In this document: positions 39,838-49,453 of the stretch, one piece after another
How positions within the stretch are numbered: the first letter of the stretch is position 1
How the letters are laid out: every line of letters begins with the position of its first letter
Origin: an uncultured Bacteroidales bacterium
GTDB lineage: Bacteria; Bacteroidota; Bacteroidia; Bacteroidales; UBA4417
Reading direction: 5' to 3'
DNA: 64,000 bases
Assembly (NCBI GenBank): GCA_963714825.1
Contig: CAVQQF010000009.1
Coordinates: 81,788 to 145,787 of the forward strand
Position numbers and translations under genes: made by a program
Notes under the pieces: model-generated
Told to the model about the DNA's origin: nothing
Seen by the model: only the letters and a program-made list of their open reading frames with translations
Database searches by the model: none

Positions 39838-40882
39838 GCTCCGCAACGTATCAGTTTCCTTTCCGGGATTCAGCCTGAACAATATCAGTTTCAGCGTGGC
39901 CGATGGCGAATATTTTATTCTGTTAGGCGAGTCGGGAGCAGGGAAATCCCTTTTACTCGAAGCTATTGCCGGCCTTAACAAAGTGAAAAGCGGGAACCTG
40001 ATTCTTGACGGCAAAGAAATTACTGACGAAAAAATACAACAACGTGGCGTAGGTCTTGTGTTCCAGGACCAGGCTGTTTTTCCTCATCTTTCGGTTAAAG
40101 AAAATATCACTTACCCTTTGAAAGGCAAGCATTTATCAGCTAAGGAAAAGGATCAGGTTATTAAGGAAATCACAGCCACCTTACAAATCCCACATCTGCT
40201 GAATCGCAGGCCGGCAACACTTTCGGGTGGCGAATTACAGCGGGTAGCACTTGCCAGGGCGCTTGTTCAGAAACCAAAGATATTATTGCTCGACGAGCCA
40301 CTCTCGGCAACCGACAGTAAACTGCGTTCCAGTCTGCGTGCCTTACTCCGGCAAATTAACCGAATGGGACAAACCATTATTCATGTTACGCACGATTTCG
40401 ATGAAGCCGTCTCGCTAGCCGACCACATAGCCATTATGAACAAGGGAAGCATAGTGCAATCGGGTACGCCACAGGAAGTATTTGGCAACCCGGTAAATGG
40501 TTTTGTAGCACATTTTGCCGGTATCCGTAACTTTTTTAAAGTGGAAATAAAAAACCGGAATGGCATATGCATTGCACTTCCTGAGAAAAACATTCCTATT
40601 GCCATTGGCGATTTAACTGAAAATAATTCAGGCTATATTTTAATCCGGAACGAAGATATTCTCCTTTCACCCCATGCTTTCGAGAGCAGTGCGCTGAATA
40701 ATTTTGAAGGTGAAGTGGTGGATATATTCCCTTCGCGTGCAGGCATGGAGGTGGTTTTGGGTATCGGCATACTACTGCATGCACAGGTAAGCCGCGAATC
40801 AGCCCAAAGGCTAAAACTTAGTGCCGGTCAAAAGATATGGGTTCACTTTAAGGCCTCGTCGGTGAAACTTATTGCAAGCTGA
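39830..40882 (+). CDS. wtpC: Tungstate/molybdate ABC ATPase with TOBE domains
   Basis: GESGAGKS, LSGGELQR, LLLDEP, HVTHD; C-terminal SSALN...FKASSV. Confidence 0.8.
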   Translation: MLELRNVSVSFPGFSLNNISFSVADGEYFILLGESGAGKSLLLEAIAGLNKVKSGNLILDGKEITDEKIQQRGVGLVFQDQAVFPHLSVKENITYPLKGKHLSAKEKDQVIKEITATLQIPHLLNRRPATLSGGELQRVALARALVQKPKILLLDEPLSATDSKLRSSLRALLRQINRMGQTIIHVTHDFDEAVSLADHIAIMNKGSIVQSGTPQEVFGNPVNGFVAHFAGIRNFFKVEIKNRNGICIALPEKNIPIAIGDLTENNSGYILIRNEDILLSPHAFESSALNNFEGEVVDIFPSRAGMEVVLGIGILLHAQVSRESAQRLKLSAGQKIWVHFKASSVKLIAS

Positions 40883-40890
40883 TACAAGAA

Positions 40891-41427
40891 TTACTTCCCA
40901 GCCTCAGCAGTATCAATATTATCAACCTGTTGTTTAGCGTACTGCAACACTTCGCTGTTCACATACAGCAGTTCGATACCGGCCTGCTTAAACATTTCCT
41001 CCGACTCAGTTCCCGAATGGTATTTAAATTCACAAACCACACGTTCGATCCCGCAATTGATAATCAGCATGGCGCAGGTACGGCAGGGCGTCATGCGGCA
41101 GTATAATGTGCTTCCCTGCAATGGGATACCGAGCCTGGCAGCCTGGCAAATGGCATTTTGCTCGGCATGTACGGTACGAACGCAATGGTTTGTTACCTTA
41201 CCATCTTCATGGGTAAGCTGTTTGAAAAGATGGCCCACATCGTCGCAATGCGGCAAACCAACAGGGGAACCCACATACCCGGTAACAAGTATCTGTTTGT
41301 TGCGGGCAATCACGCATCCGCTTCGACCGCGGTCGCAGGTAGCACGCTTTGCAATGGTACGTGCAACTTCCATAAAGTACTCGTCCCAGGTGGGGCGTAT
41401 GTATTGGGAATCTTTATCTTCTGACAT
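40891..41427 (-). CDS. dCMP deaminase (ComEB-like)
   Basis: RPTWDEYFM, RATC.R, HAEQNA, PCRTC. Confidence 0.9.
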   Translation of the reverse strand: MSEDKDSQYIRPTWDEYFMEVARTIAKRATCDRGRSGCVIARNKQILVTGYVGSPVGLPHCDDVGHLFKQLTHEDGKVTNHCVRTVHAEQNAICQAARLGIPLQGSTLYCRMTPCRTCAMLIINCGIERVVCEFKYHSGTESEEMFKQAGIELLYVNSEVLQYAKQQVDNIDTAEAGK

Positions 41428-41519
41428 GATTGCAATATTAATTATTATGACTCCTGGTATTCCGGATCAGCCAAATTAGTCTAATTTCTTTAAAATACTC
41501 TATTCCGATCACCACAGGG

Positions 41520-42512
41520 TTATTCCACGCCGAACATAGCTGCCCTAGTCTCTCCCCCCGATTTAACATAGCCCCTGAACATCCCGGCAGTATTAAAAGG
41601 CATGGCAATATTACCCTTATTATCAACGGCTATAATTCCGCCTGTACCGCCTAGTTTCTGCAGCTTATTCATAACCACTTCATTTGCAGCATCTGTGATT
41701 GAAAGTCCTTTGTATTTCATAAGTGCCGAAATATCATAAGCAACCACATTGCGTATAAAAAATTCGCCATGACCGGTTGCTGAAACCGCACAGGTATTGT
41801 TGTCGGCATAGGTTCCGGCACCGATAACGGGTGAATCGCCCACACGGCCATACTTTTTATAGGTCATGCCTCCCGTTGAAGTTCCGGCCGCCAGGTTTCC
41901 ATAGGTATCAAGAGCCACACAACCTACCGTTCCATGCTTTTTATCTGTATTTTCGATTGAATCCAAACGGGCTTTTACTTTCAGGTAATCGTTCCAGCGT
42001 TGCTGGGTGAAAAAATATTCAGGCGATACCATTTCGAGTCCCTGCTCAGTTGCAAAGGTTTCGGCACCTTTTCCTGTAAGCATCACATGAGCTGATTTGC
42101 TCATAACAGCCCGTGCAGCACTTATCGGGTGCCGAATGGCAGAAACTCCGGCTACAGCTCCTGCCATCCCTGTTTTCCCATCCATAATACTGGCATCGAG
42201 TTCATTTTTTCCTTCGGCATTAAACACAGCACCTTTGCCGGCATTAAAAAGCGGGCAGTCTTCCATCCTGCGTATGCATGATTCAACAGCATCCAGGCTT
42301 GTTCCACCTGATTTTAGAATGGAATCGCCAAGCTTTAAAACTTCAAGGAGTTCAGCTTCGTATCGGGCAGCAATATCTGCCGGCAGGTTTTCCGGGGTGA
42401 TGTTCCCGGCGCCTCCGTGTATAACCAGGGTGTAAGTGCCTGATGTTTGGGCATGTGCTGAGAAACCCAGGGAAAAGACTATAGCTGTTAAAATGGTGAA
42501 AACAATTTTCAT
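41520..42512 (-). CDS. iaaA: Isoaspartyl peptidase / L-asparaginase (Ntn hydrolase), with signal peptide
   Basis: VIHGGAG, FNAGKG, ELDASIMDG, HG|TVGCVA, TSTGG, GRVGDSP, TGHGE. Confidence 0.9.
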   Translation of the reverse strand: MKIVFTILTAIVFSLGFSAHAQTSGTYTLVIHGGAGNITPENLPADIAARYEAELLEVLKLGDSILKSGGTSLDAVESCIRRMEDCPLFNAGKGAVFNAEGKNELDASIMDGKTGMAGAVAGVSAIRHPISAARAVMSKSAHVMLTGKGAETFATEQGLEMVSPEYFFTQQRWNDYLKVKARLDSIENTDKKHGTVGCVALDTYGNLAAGTSTGGMTYKKYGRVGDSPVIGAGTYADNNTCAVSATGHGEFFIRNVVAYDISALMKYKGLSITDAANEVVMNKLQKLGGTGGIIAVDNKGNIAMPFNTAGMFRGYVKSGGETRAAMFGVE

Positions 42513-42581
42513 ATTACAGGTTCTGAGTGTGTAAATTTGAATTAGAGAAATCTATTGAGGTTTTTTAAAAGAGGTCTTTTA

Positions 42582-43364
42582 TCAAAACGAATTTGTCACA
42601 AATTCCTTAATATTAATTATTCCAAGCAAGTCGGAAGCAAAAATCACTATTACTACTATCACCACCCAACGCACAAAATTGGCACCCCATGAAACTGCAA
42701 ACCGTGATGCTACGTAAGCTCCTATAATATTGCCAATGGCATGTATTAAGCCATAATCCCAGCGGACCTGGTCGTTCAGGATAAAAACTACCAGTGCTAA
42801 AGGTGTGTATAACAGCACAATCCATACTTTTATCGCATTGGCTTTTACCAGGTCGTAACCGGCGCCCAGCACAACACCTGCCAGAATAAAATACCCTACC
42901 CCTACCTGCACAAAACCGCCATATACGCCAATGGCAAAGAAAATCACCACCTGTATCCACGAAACAGGTTTCTCCATCAGCGATTCTGTGCCCCGAAGCC
43001 ACTGCGAAGGCTTGGTAAGGATAAAATACATCATCACGATCATAACCACGCCTATAGCTTTGCGGAATACTGCCTCGTTAATATCCGAAGCAATCTGTGC
43101 GCCGACTATGGCACCAATCATAGTTGGGATAGCCAGTTTATTGGCTTTTTTGAAATCCAGCACTTTCTTACGGCGGAATTCGTTAACCGAAGTCATATTC
43201 TGAAGTATGACTGCCACGCGGTTGGTTCCATTAGCTATACCGGCAGGTAATCCAAGGAACATAAAGATTGAAAGGGAAATAATGGTTCCTCCACCTGCCA
43301 GGGTGTTAATGAATCCGACAAATATGCCGGAGACTATCAGAACCAGAACTATCAACCACGTCAT
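42582..43364 (-). CDS. TauE/SafE (TSUP) family exporter
   Basis: GFINTLAGGG, ANGTNR, GVYGGFVQVGVG; multiple TMs. Confidence 0.88.
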   Translation of the reverse strand: MTWLIVLVLIVSGIFVGFINTLAGGGTIISLSIFMFLGLPAGIANGTNRVAVILQNMTSVNEFRRKKVLDFKKANKLAIPTMIGAIVGAQIASDINEAVFRKAIGVVMIVMMYFILTKPSQWLRGTESLMEKPVSWIQVVIFFAIGVYGGFVQVGVGYFILAGVVLGAGYDLVKANAIKVWIVLLYTPLALVVFILNDQVRWDYGLIHAIGNIIGAYVASRFAVSWGANFVRWVVIVVIVIFASDLLGIINIKEFVTNSF

Positions 43365-43413
43365 ATCAATATTTCCTGTTTAAGCTTTTGCCGAATACAC
43401 GGTATTTTATGTT

Positions 43414-45141
43414 TTAACCCTCACTCTGTGCTCTTAATTTACTATGTCTCATACCATAAAAAAAGTAGAGAACCAGTCCTATGGCCAGCCATACCAGGAA
43501 CCGCATCCAGTTGGTGATGCCCAGTTCGCTCATCAGGTATAAATTGGTTAGAAGTCCCAGAACCGGGATCAGCGACCATTGCCTGATAAAAGCATAAAAA
43601 GTAGTGATTACAGCAACAGCCATAAAAACAAAAACGGGCACCTGGTTATGGACTCCTTTCGAAACATGGCTGCTGAAATCAAATAATCCTGTAAGAAAAG
43701 CAGGATTCGAATAAAAAACTATCAGTAAAATGAGCCCCCACAACGGAAGCAGGTAGTACCTGCTGTTGACATAGGGTACATAAAAGCCTTTTTTATCGGC
43801 ACTTTGATTCCCCCGCGGATGCAGAATCAATACTCCGCCCGAAACCAGAATAAAAGCGAACAAAGTGCCTATACTTGTGAGATCAGTAACTTCCGTGAGG
43901 TTTAAAAACAAAGCGGGAATGGCAACCACAAAGCCGGTAACGATGGTGGCAAAAGCCGGTGTCCTGTATTTTTTATGCAGCTTTGCGAAGCGCGGAGGCA
44001 ACAATCCATCGCGGCTCATACTCATCCATATACGTGGTTGCCCCACCTGGAACACCAGCAATACACCTGCCATGGCTATTACAGCTCCGAGTGCAATGAT
44101 ACCCGAAAGCTTTGTAAGATGTAGTTTCTCAAAAGCATAAGCCAATGGATCGGCTACTCCCAGGTAACTGTAATTAACCATCCCGGTGAGAACCAGGCTT
44201 ATTGCCACATAGAGGACTGTGGTAATAAGAAGGGCATAAATCATAGAGCGGGGCAAATCGCGGCGGGGATTACGGCATTCTTCGGCCGTGGTCGAAATGG
44301 CATCGAAGCCGATATAAGCAAAGAAAACACCCGAAACACCTTTCAGCACTCCTCCTAATCCGTTTGGAGCAAAAGGGCTCCAGTTTTCGGTATCCACATA
44401 AAAAGAGCCTACCGCAATAACCAGCATCAGTATCCCGATTTTAATCAGCACCATGATATTTCCGGCCATTTTGGTTTCGTAAATACCTTTGTACACCAGC
44501 CAGGTTATAAAAAAAACGATTCCCAATGCCGGGATATCGGCTATTATGCGGATGCTTCCGAATTGGGGTGCCGAAACCCATGCAAGGTAGGCTTCACGAA
44601 GGTTTGAGTCAAGGCCGGCTAGTGTAATTCCCGACTGAAGTTGTTCCGTGGCGATTTTAAATCCTTTGGCAGCACTCAGGTAATCAATAGCCAGGTATTC
44701 AGGAATATGAATATGAAGACCGTTCATCAATCCTACAAAATACCCCGACCACGAAATGGCAACGGCAATATTACCAATGGCATATTCCATAATCAGGTCC
44801 CAGCCAATGATCCATGCAATAAGTTCACCAAAACTTGCATACGCATAGGTATAAGCGCTTCCGCTGATAGGAATGGCTGATGCAAATTCGGCATAGCACA
44901 TGGCTGATAATCCACATGCAATAGCCGTAAAAACGAACAATAAGGATACAGCAGGGCCACCGCTGGCGGCAGCAGTGCCAATGGTACTGAATATTCCGGC
45001 ACCAATTATGGCGGCTATTCCCATCGCCGTGAGATCACGTACTCCAAGGCGGCGCTTCATCAAATCAGGACTTCCCTCGTCGGCATGACGAAGGATCATT
45101 TCAATAGATTTTTTCCTGAAAAGATTTTGCATGGATTGCAT
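43414..45141 (-). CDS. APC family amino-acid permease (CAT-like)
   Basis: GIAAIIGAGIF, YAEFAS.IP.SGSAYTY, FFAYIGFDAIST.AEE, SRDGLLP. Confidence 0.92.
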   Translation of the reverse strand: MQSMQNLFRKKSIEMILRHADEGSPDLMKRRLGVRDLTAMGIAAIIGAGIFSTIGTAAASGGPAVSLLFVFTAIACGLSAMCYAEFASAIPISGSAYTYAYASFGELIAWIIGWDLIMEYAIGNIAVAISWSGYFVGLMNGLHIHIPEYLAIDYLSAAKGFKIATEQLQSGITLAGLDSNLREAYLAWVSAPQFGSIRIIADIPALGIVFFITWLVYKGIYETKMAGNIMVLIKIGILMLVIAVGSFYVDTENWSPFAPNGLGGVLKGVSGVFFAYIGFDAISTTAEECRNPRRDLPRSMIYALLITTVLYVAISLVLTGMVNYSYLGVADPLAYAFEKLHLTKLSGIIALGAVIAMAGVLLVFQVGQPRIWMSMSRDGLLPPRFAKLHKKYRTPAFATIVTGFVVAIPALFLNLTEVTDLTSIGTLFAFILVSGGVLILHPRGNQSADKKGFYVPYVNSRYYLLPLWGLILLIVFYSNPAFLTGLFDFSSHVSKGVHNQVPVFVFMAVAVITTFYAFIRQWSLIPVLGLLTNLYLMSELGITNWMRFLVWLAIGLVLYFFYGMRHSKLRAQSEG

Positions 45142-45414
45142 TTACCGCCGTAAATGTAAGGAATAGTCGAAAAAGATGGCAGTAATCAATAAATTTAATA
45201 ATCACAAATCAGTTCTTGGCTGAAAGTATGACAAATCAATATTTTTAAAAAATTCTCCTTGCAACCTTTATAAACAGCAGCTACATTGTAATACAACCTT
45301 TTGGTTTTTAGCCGGTTTGTTAAACTATCCGGAAAACAACAGGAATTCAACACTTTGTCAGCGTTAAATACCGGCAAGGAATTGTTCAGTAAAAGAGTTC
45401 GCAAAATCATTGAA

Positions 45415-45966
45415 TCAATGAAAAGGACTGATGGTGAGTTCAATGCCACTTTCCATCAACACTTCCATAGGTAAAGTGGGTATATTCCCGTTCAGGTTAC
45501 CATAAACGGAAACAATAAACGGTTTCTTGCTTGCTGACAGGATATCAACATCTTTTACCAGGAAGTTCAGGGAACGGGATTCAGGATCGATTGCATCAAT
45601 GTTTCCTATCCCGAGTGGTAATCCGCTTCCTTCGGGAGTTAACGTAATACGTGCTGAACTTAACCAATTGAATGAGGCCGTTTCGGGCGATACTATATTA
45701 AGCTTTATTTTATAAAAACTGACACTTTCGACCAGGCCACTTGAATCGGCAATGCTGTCGATCGGGATTGAAAATGATTGTGAGAACAGCTCCAATTCCG
45801 TTTTAAACAAAGCTACCGAATCAATTGAATAATGAGCATCGGGCAGGTCGTATTTTATTTTAAAAGTGGTTGCTTCCTGTAATTCTTCGCATGACTGTAG
45901 AAGGCTGAATGCTGCTGCAGCACCCAGTATCAGGAGTAAAGTAAACCAGGTTGATGTAGTTCTCAT
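45415..45966 (-). CDS. Uncharacterised lipoprotein (paralogue of 46440..46988)
   Basis: Lipobox LQSC then EE; beta-rich; collinear with its neighbour. Confidence 0.75.
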   Translation of the reverse strand: MRTTSTWFTLLLILGAAAAFSLLQSCEELQEATTFKIKYDLPDAHYSIDSVALFKTELELFSQSFSIPIDSIADSSGLVESVSFYKIKLNIVSPETASFNWLSSARITLTPEGSGLPLGIGNIDAIDPESRSLNFLVKDVDILSASKKPFIVSVYGNLNGNIPTLPMEVLMESGIELTISPFH

Positions 45967-46439
45967 AGTTATTGTGGTTAGTACTTGAAGATATAAATTC
46001 GGTAAACTTTTTATCGAAGAATTGATTATTCATACTGTTTGTTATCAAACAGACTAATCAGTTTATAGTTAATAAACTAAAGTTTAATACGTAACTGCTT
46101 TAAAAGAATAAAAAAGCACTCAATCCTTATAACTATACAGTTTCAACACATGAAACTTTCAGGAAAAATGCTGAAAGCGGCTAATACGAATCTGTGGCAG
46201 AAGTTTTTGCAGCATGTTTCGAAAATGAAAAGGCGTTTACGATTTAGTAATGATTCCATTGATACTTATATAAATCATGTTCCTTAACTATATAAAAACC
46301 CTTGCCTCTGTGTACTTGACAAAAGCCGGAACCCCAAAGAAGAAAATAAAAACATTAATGCATTATGCTTTTAAATTCCGTTTTTTGAGTATTATAGTAA
46401 CGGATGATTCTGAGACTAGCTCTATAAAAATGTCCCCGC

Positions 46440-46988
46440 CTATATGGTATTGACCGTAATTTTGAATCCACTCCTAAGAAGCATCTGAATGGATTTTGCA
46501 GGCAAAGGCCCATTGAGGTCGCCATAGATATTTAACAGGAATGGGCCTTCAACCGATGAGGCTACATCCAGGTTCTGAACCACAAAGTCGACAGTACGGG
46601 TAAGTGAATTTACAGATGTTGAGGCAGCTACCTGGATAGGTGAGCCACCAAGGGGTGTTATGGTAGCCCTGGCCGAGGTTAGCCAGTCAAATGTAATCCA
46701 ATCAGGAGTAACTACTGATAGTTGCACCATGTAGAAACTTACTCCATCAAGCGAACCGCCATTAGCATCAATAATACTGTCGATATTAACAGTAAAAGTT
46801 TGTGAGAACAGCAGCTTTTCAGATTTCAAGAGTGACAGCGAATCAACTGAAAAGTAACTATCAGGCAGATCATGATTCACATTAACCTGAGTAGCTTCTT
46901 TGATCGCTTCACACGAAGGAAACAGAAAAAACAGAATCCCAATACTAATGAAGATCCCAAAGGTGATTTTTAATACGTTTGGTTTCAT
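46440..46988 (-). CDS. Uncharacterised lipoprotein (paralogue of 45415..45966)
   Basis: Lipobox FPSC; shared DLPD, LFSQ.F...IDSI, VSFY, F.WL.SAR.T.TP, YG.LNG..P. Confidence 0.75.
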   Translation of the reverse strand: MKPNVLKITFGIFISIGILFFLFPSCEAIKEATQVNVNHDLPDSYFSVDSLSLLKSEKLLFSQTFTVNIDSIIDANGGSLDGVSFYMVQLSVVTPDWITFDWLTSARATITPLGGSPIQVAASTSVNSLTRTVDFVVQNLDVASSVEGPFLLNIYGDLNGPLPAKSIQMLLRSGFKITVNTI

Positions 46989-47344
46989 AATATTTGGTTT
47001 TAGTTGAAGAAAAAAAACAGACGCAATACATACCTTTAATAAAGGAATGCATACTTTGCAAACGATGCTTTATTTTCGCATCTTGCACCAACCACTTGAT
47101 TACAAAGTTAATACATAATGGCCCGTATTACAAGCCAGAACGATGAAAAGATCATCGTCAGGGTATTATAATTCCAGGAAAACCCCGGGTAGGCATAAAT
47201 TTTCGCTGGTTAAATTTCGCTGCTAAGAGTTGCGGAAACAAACCGCAGGCAAGTGAAAACAGAATACTTTTTTCTTATATATCCGGGTGATAATGGAAAC
47301 AAAAATACTATTGAAAAATGCAGTGCTTATCAGCCTGTGTGCTG

Positions 47345-49249
47345 TTATAATATCATGATTTGTTCACAGGCTTTTACTATTCCTGCCATATCTATTCCAC
47401 ATTCATGATGCAGTTCCTCGACTGTACCCTGTTCAACAAAATGATCAGGAATGCCAAGCCGGTGAATATAAGCATTGCGGTAAGCGTTATCAGTGGCAAA
47501 TTCAGTTACAGCACTTCCCAGGCCTCCGATTTTTGCAGCATCCTCAATGGTAATAATTTTTGTAAATTTTTTGAATATGCTATGCAGTAATTCTTCATCG
47601 ATTGGTTTCAGAAAGCGGATATCGTAAAGAGCTGCTTCAATACCCTGTTCCGCTAGCTGAGCACATGCATCAAGAGCTACATTTCCCAAGTGCCCTATGG
47701 TAATTATGGCCATATTTTTCCCGTCGCGCACCATACGCCCTTTGCCAACAGGCAATGCCTCGAAAGGTGTTTTCCATTGGTGCATCACACCCCGGCCGCG
47801 GGGATAACGGATGGCAAACGGGCCCATACCTTCGAGTTGAGCCGTGTACATCATATTACGCAGCTCTTCCTCGTTCATAGGCGAGCATATTGTAATGCCA
47901 GGTATTGCCCTGAGGTATGCCAGGTCGTAAACGCCATGATGTGTGGCGCCATCTTCACCAACCAGTCCGCCCCTGTCGAGGCAAAAAACCACCTGCAGGT
48001 TCTGTAATGCCACATCATGAATTACCTGGTCGTAGGCACGTTGCATAAAACTGGAATAAATATTGCAGAATGGCACCAGCCCGCCGGCAGCCATTCCTGC
48101 CGAAAATGTTACGGCATGTTGCTCGGCGATTCCCACATCGAAAGCGCGATCGGGCATTTTAGCCATCATAAGGTTTAAGGAGCATCCGGTAGGCATCGCG
48201 GGTGTAACACCCACAATTTTATCATTCATTTCAGCCAGTTCGATGATGGTTTTACCAAATACTACCTGGTATTTTGGAGCCTGGTTTTTACATTGCGATT
48301 CTTTCAGTTCGCCGGTTTCCATATCGAAGATTCCGGGAGCATGAAATAAAGTCTGGTCCTTTTCGGCTTTTTCGTATCCTTTGCCTTTTACTGTTACCAC
48401 ATGCAAAAGCTTAGGACCCGGGATATTCTGCATATCACGCATCAGGTGAACAAGTTTAACCACATCGTGCCCGTCGACAGGCCCGAAATACCTGAACCCG
48501 AATGCTTCGAAAAGATTACTTTCTTTAAGCAGTGTAGCTTTTACGGCATTTCCTATTTGTTTGACAACAGCCCTTGAGTTGGCACCATAGGGTGTTTTTC
48601 CACCCATGGCCCACCACACCTTATCTTTAAGTTTATTATAAGCCCTCGAGGTAGTTATATCAGTAAGGTAGCGCGAAAGGCCGCCTACATTTTTGTCAAT
48701 AGCGATACCGTTATCGTTCAGAATTACAAGCAGATTAGCTTTTGAAACACCGGCATTATTCAGGGCTTCCATAGCCATGCCTGCGGTCATGGATCCATCG
48801 CCTATAACGGCAATATGCCGCTGGCTTGTATTGCCGAGCAACTCCGAAGCTACAGCCATGCCAAATGCTGCCGATATACTGGTTGACGAATGGCCGGTAC
48901 CGAAGGCATCATATTCACTTTCGGATATGCGTGGGAAGCCGCTTATCCCTTTATAGGTGCGGTTAGTAAAAAAAATATCCTTGCGGCCGGTAAGAATTTT
49001 GTGGGCATAGGCCTGGTGGCCGACATCCCATATCAGTTTATCAACAGGCGTATTATAAGCATAATGTATTGCAGCAGTGAGTTCGATCACGCCCAGGCTT
49101 GCACCCAGGTGACCCGGGTTGCGCGAAATAACTTCGAGTATAAACTGACGGATATCTTTACACACCAGCGGTAACTCTTCTATCTCGAGTTTTCGCAGAT
49201 CGTCGGGTGAATTGATATTTGATAGGAGCGTGCCCTGTGCGGGTGTCAT
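47345..49249 (-). CDS. dxs: 1-deoxy-D-xylulose-5-phosphate synthase
   Basis: GHLGASLG, WDVGHQAY.HK, GHSSTSIS, GDGSM...NDN, DVGIAEQHA, DGATHHG, IRYPRG. Confidence 0.97.
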   Translation of the reverse strand: MTPAQGTLLSNINSPDDLRKLEIEELPLVCKDIRQFILEVISRNPGHLGASLGVIELTAAIHYAYNTPVDKLIWDVGHQAYAHKILTGRKDIFFTNRTYKGISGFPRISESEYDAFGTGHSSTSISAAFGMAVASELLGNTSQRHIAVIGDGSMTAGMAMEALNNAGVSKANLLVILNDNGIAIDKNVGGLSRYLTDITTSRAYNKLKDKVWWAMGGKTPYGANSRAVVKQIGNAVKATLLKESNLFEAFGFRYFGPVDGHDVVKLVHLMRDMQNIPGPKLLHVVTVKGKGYEKAEKDQTLFHAPGIFDMETGELKESQCKNQAPKYQVVFGKTIIELAEMNDKIVGVTPAMPTGCSLNLMMAKMPDRAFDVGIAEQHAVTFSAGMAAGGLVPFCNIYSSFMQRAYDQVIHDVALQNLQVVFCLDRGGLVGEDGATHHGVYDLAYLRAIPGITICSPMNEEELRNMMYTAQLEGMGPFAIRYPRGRGVMHQWKTPFEALPVGKGRMVRDGKNMAIITIGHLGNVALDACAQLAEQGIEAALYDIRFLKPIDEELLHSIFKKFTKIITIEDAAKIGGLGSAVTEFATDNAYRNAYIHRLGIPDHFVEQGTVEELHHECGIDMAGIVKACEQIMIL

Positions 49250-49337
49250 ATTCCGTTTTTTGAAGTGTAAAAGTACGGTTTTCCTTCTTTAACGTGACTG
49301 CTTACGCGATATTATTGTGTTTTTGGCATGTTAACAA

Positions 49338-49371
49338 GAAAACCGGATTCAGTGGAGTGAACCCGGTTTTC
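49338..49371 (-). terminator. Intrinsic terminator after nrfA
   Basis: Stem gaaaaccggattca / tgaacccggttttc. Confidence 0.7.
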
Positions 49372-49453
49372 GTGGCATACAGATGGTTAATAGCTTAGGT
49401 TGGAAAACCGTCCTTCAAAAAAAACAGAAACCCCAAAGCAATATTTAATTTTA

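Noticed and set aside
36050-41427. P-loop kinase plus dCMP deaminase as a split anti-phage dCTP deaminase
   Set aside because: They are 4 kb apart, on opposite strands and in different operons; the deaminase looks like an ordinary ComEB-type enzyme.
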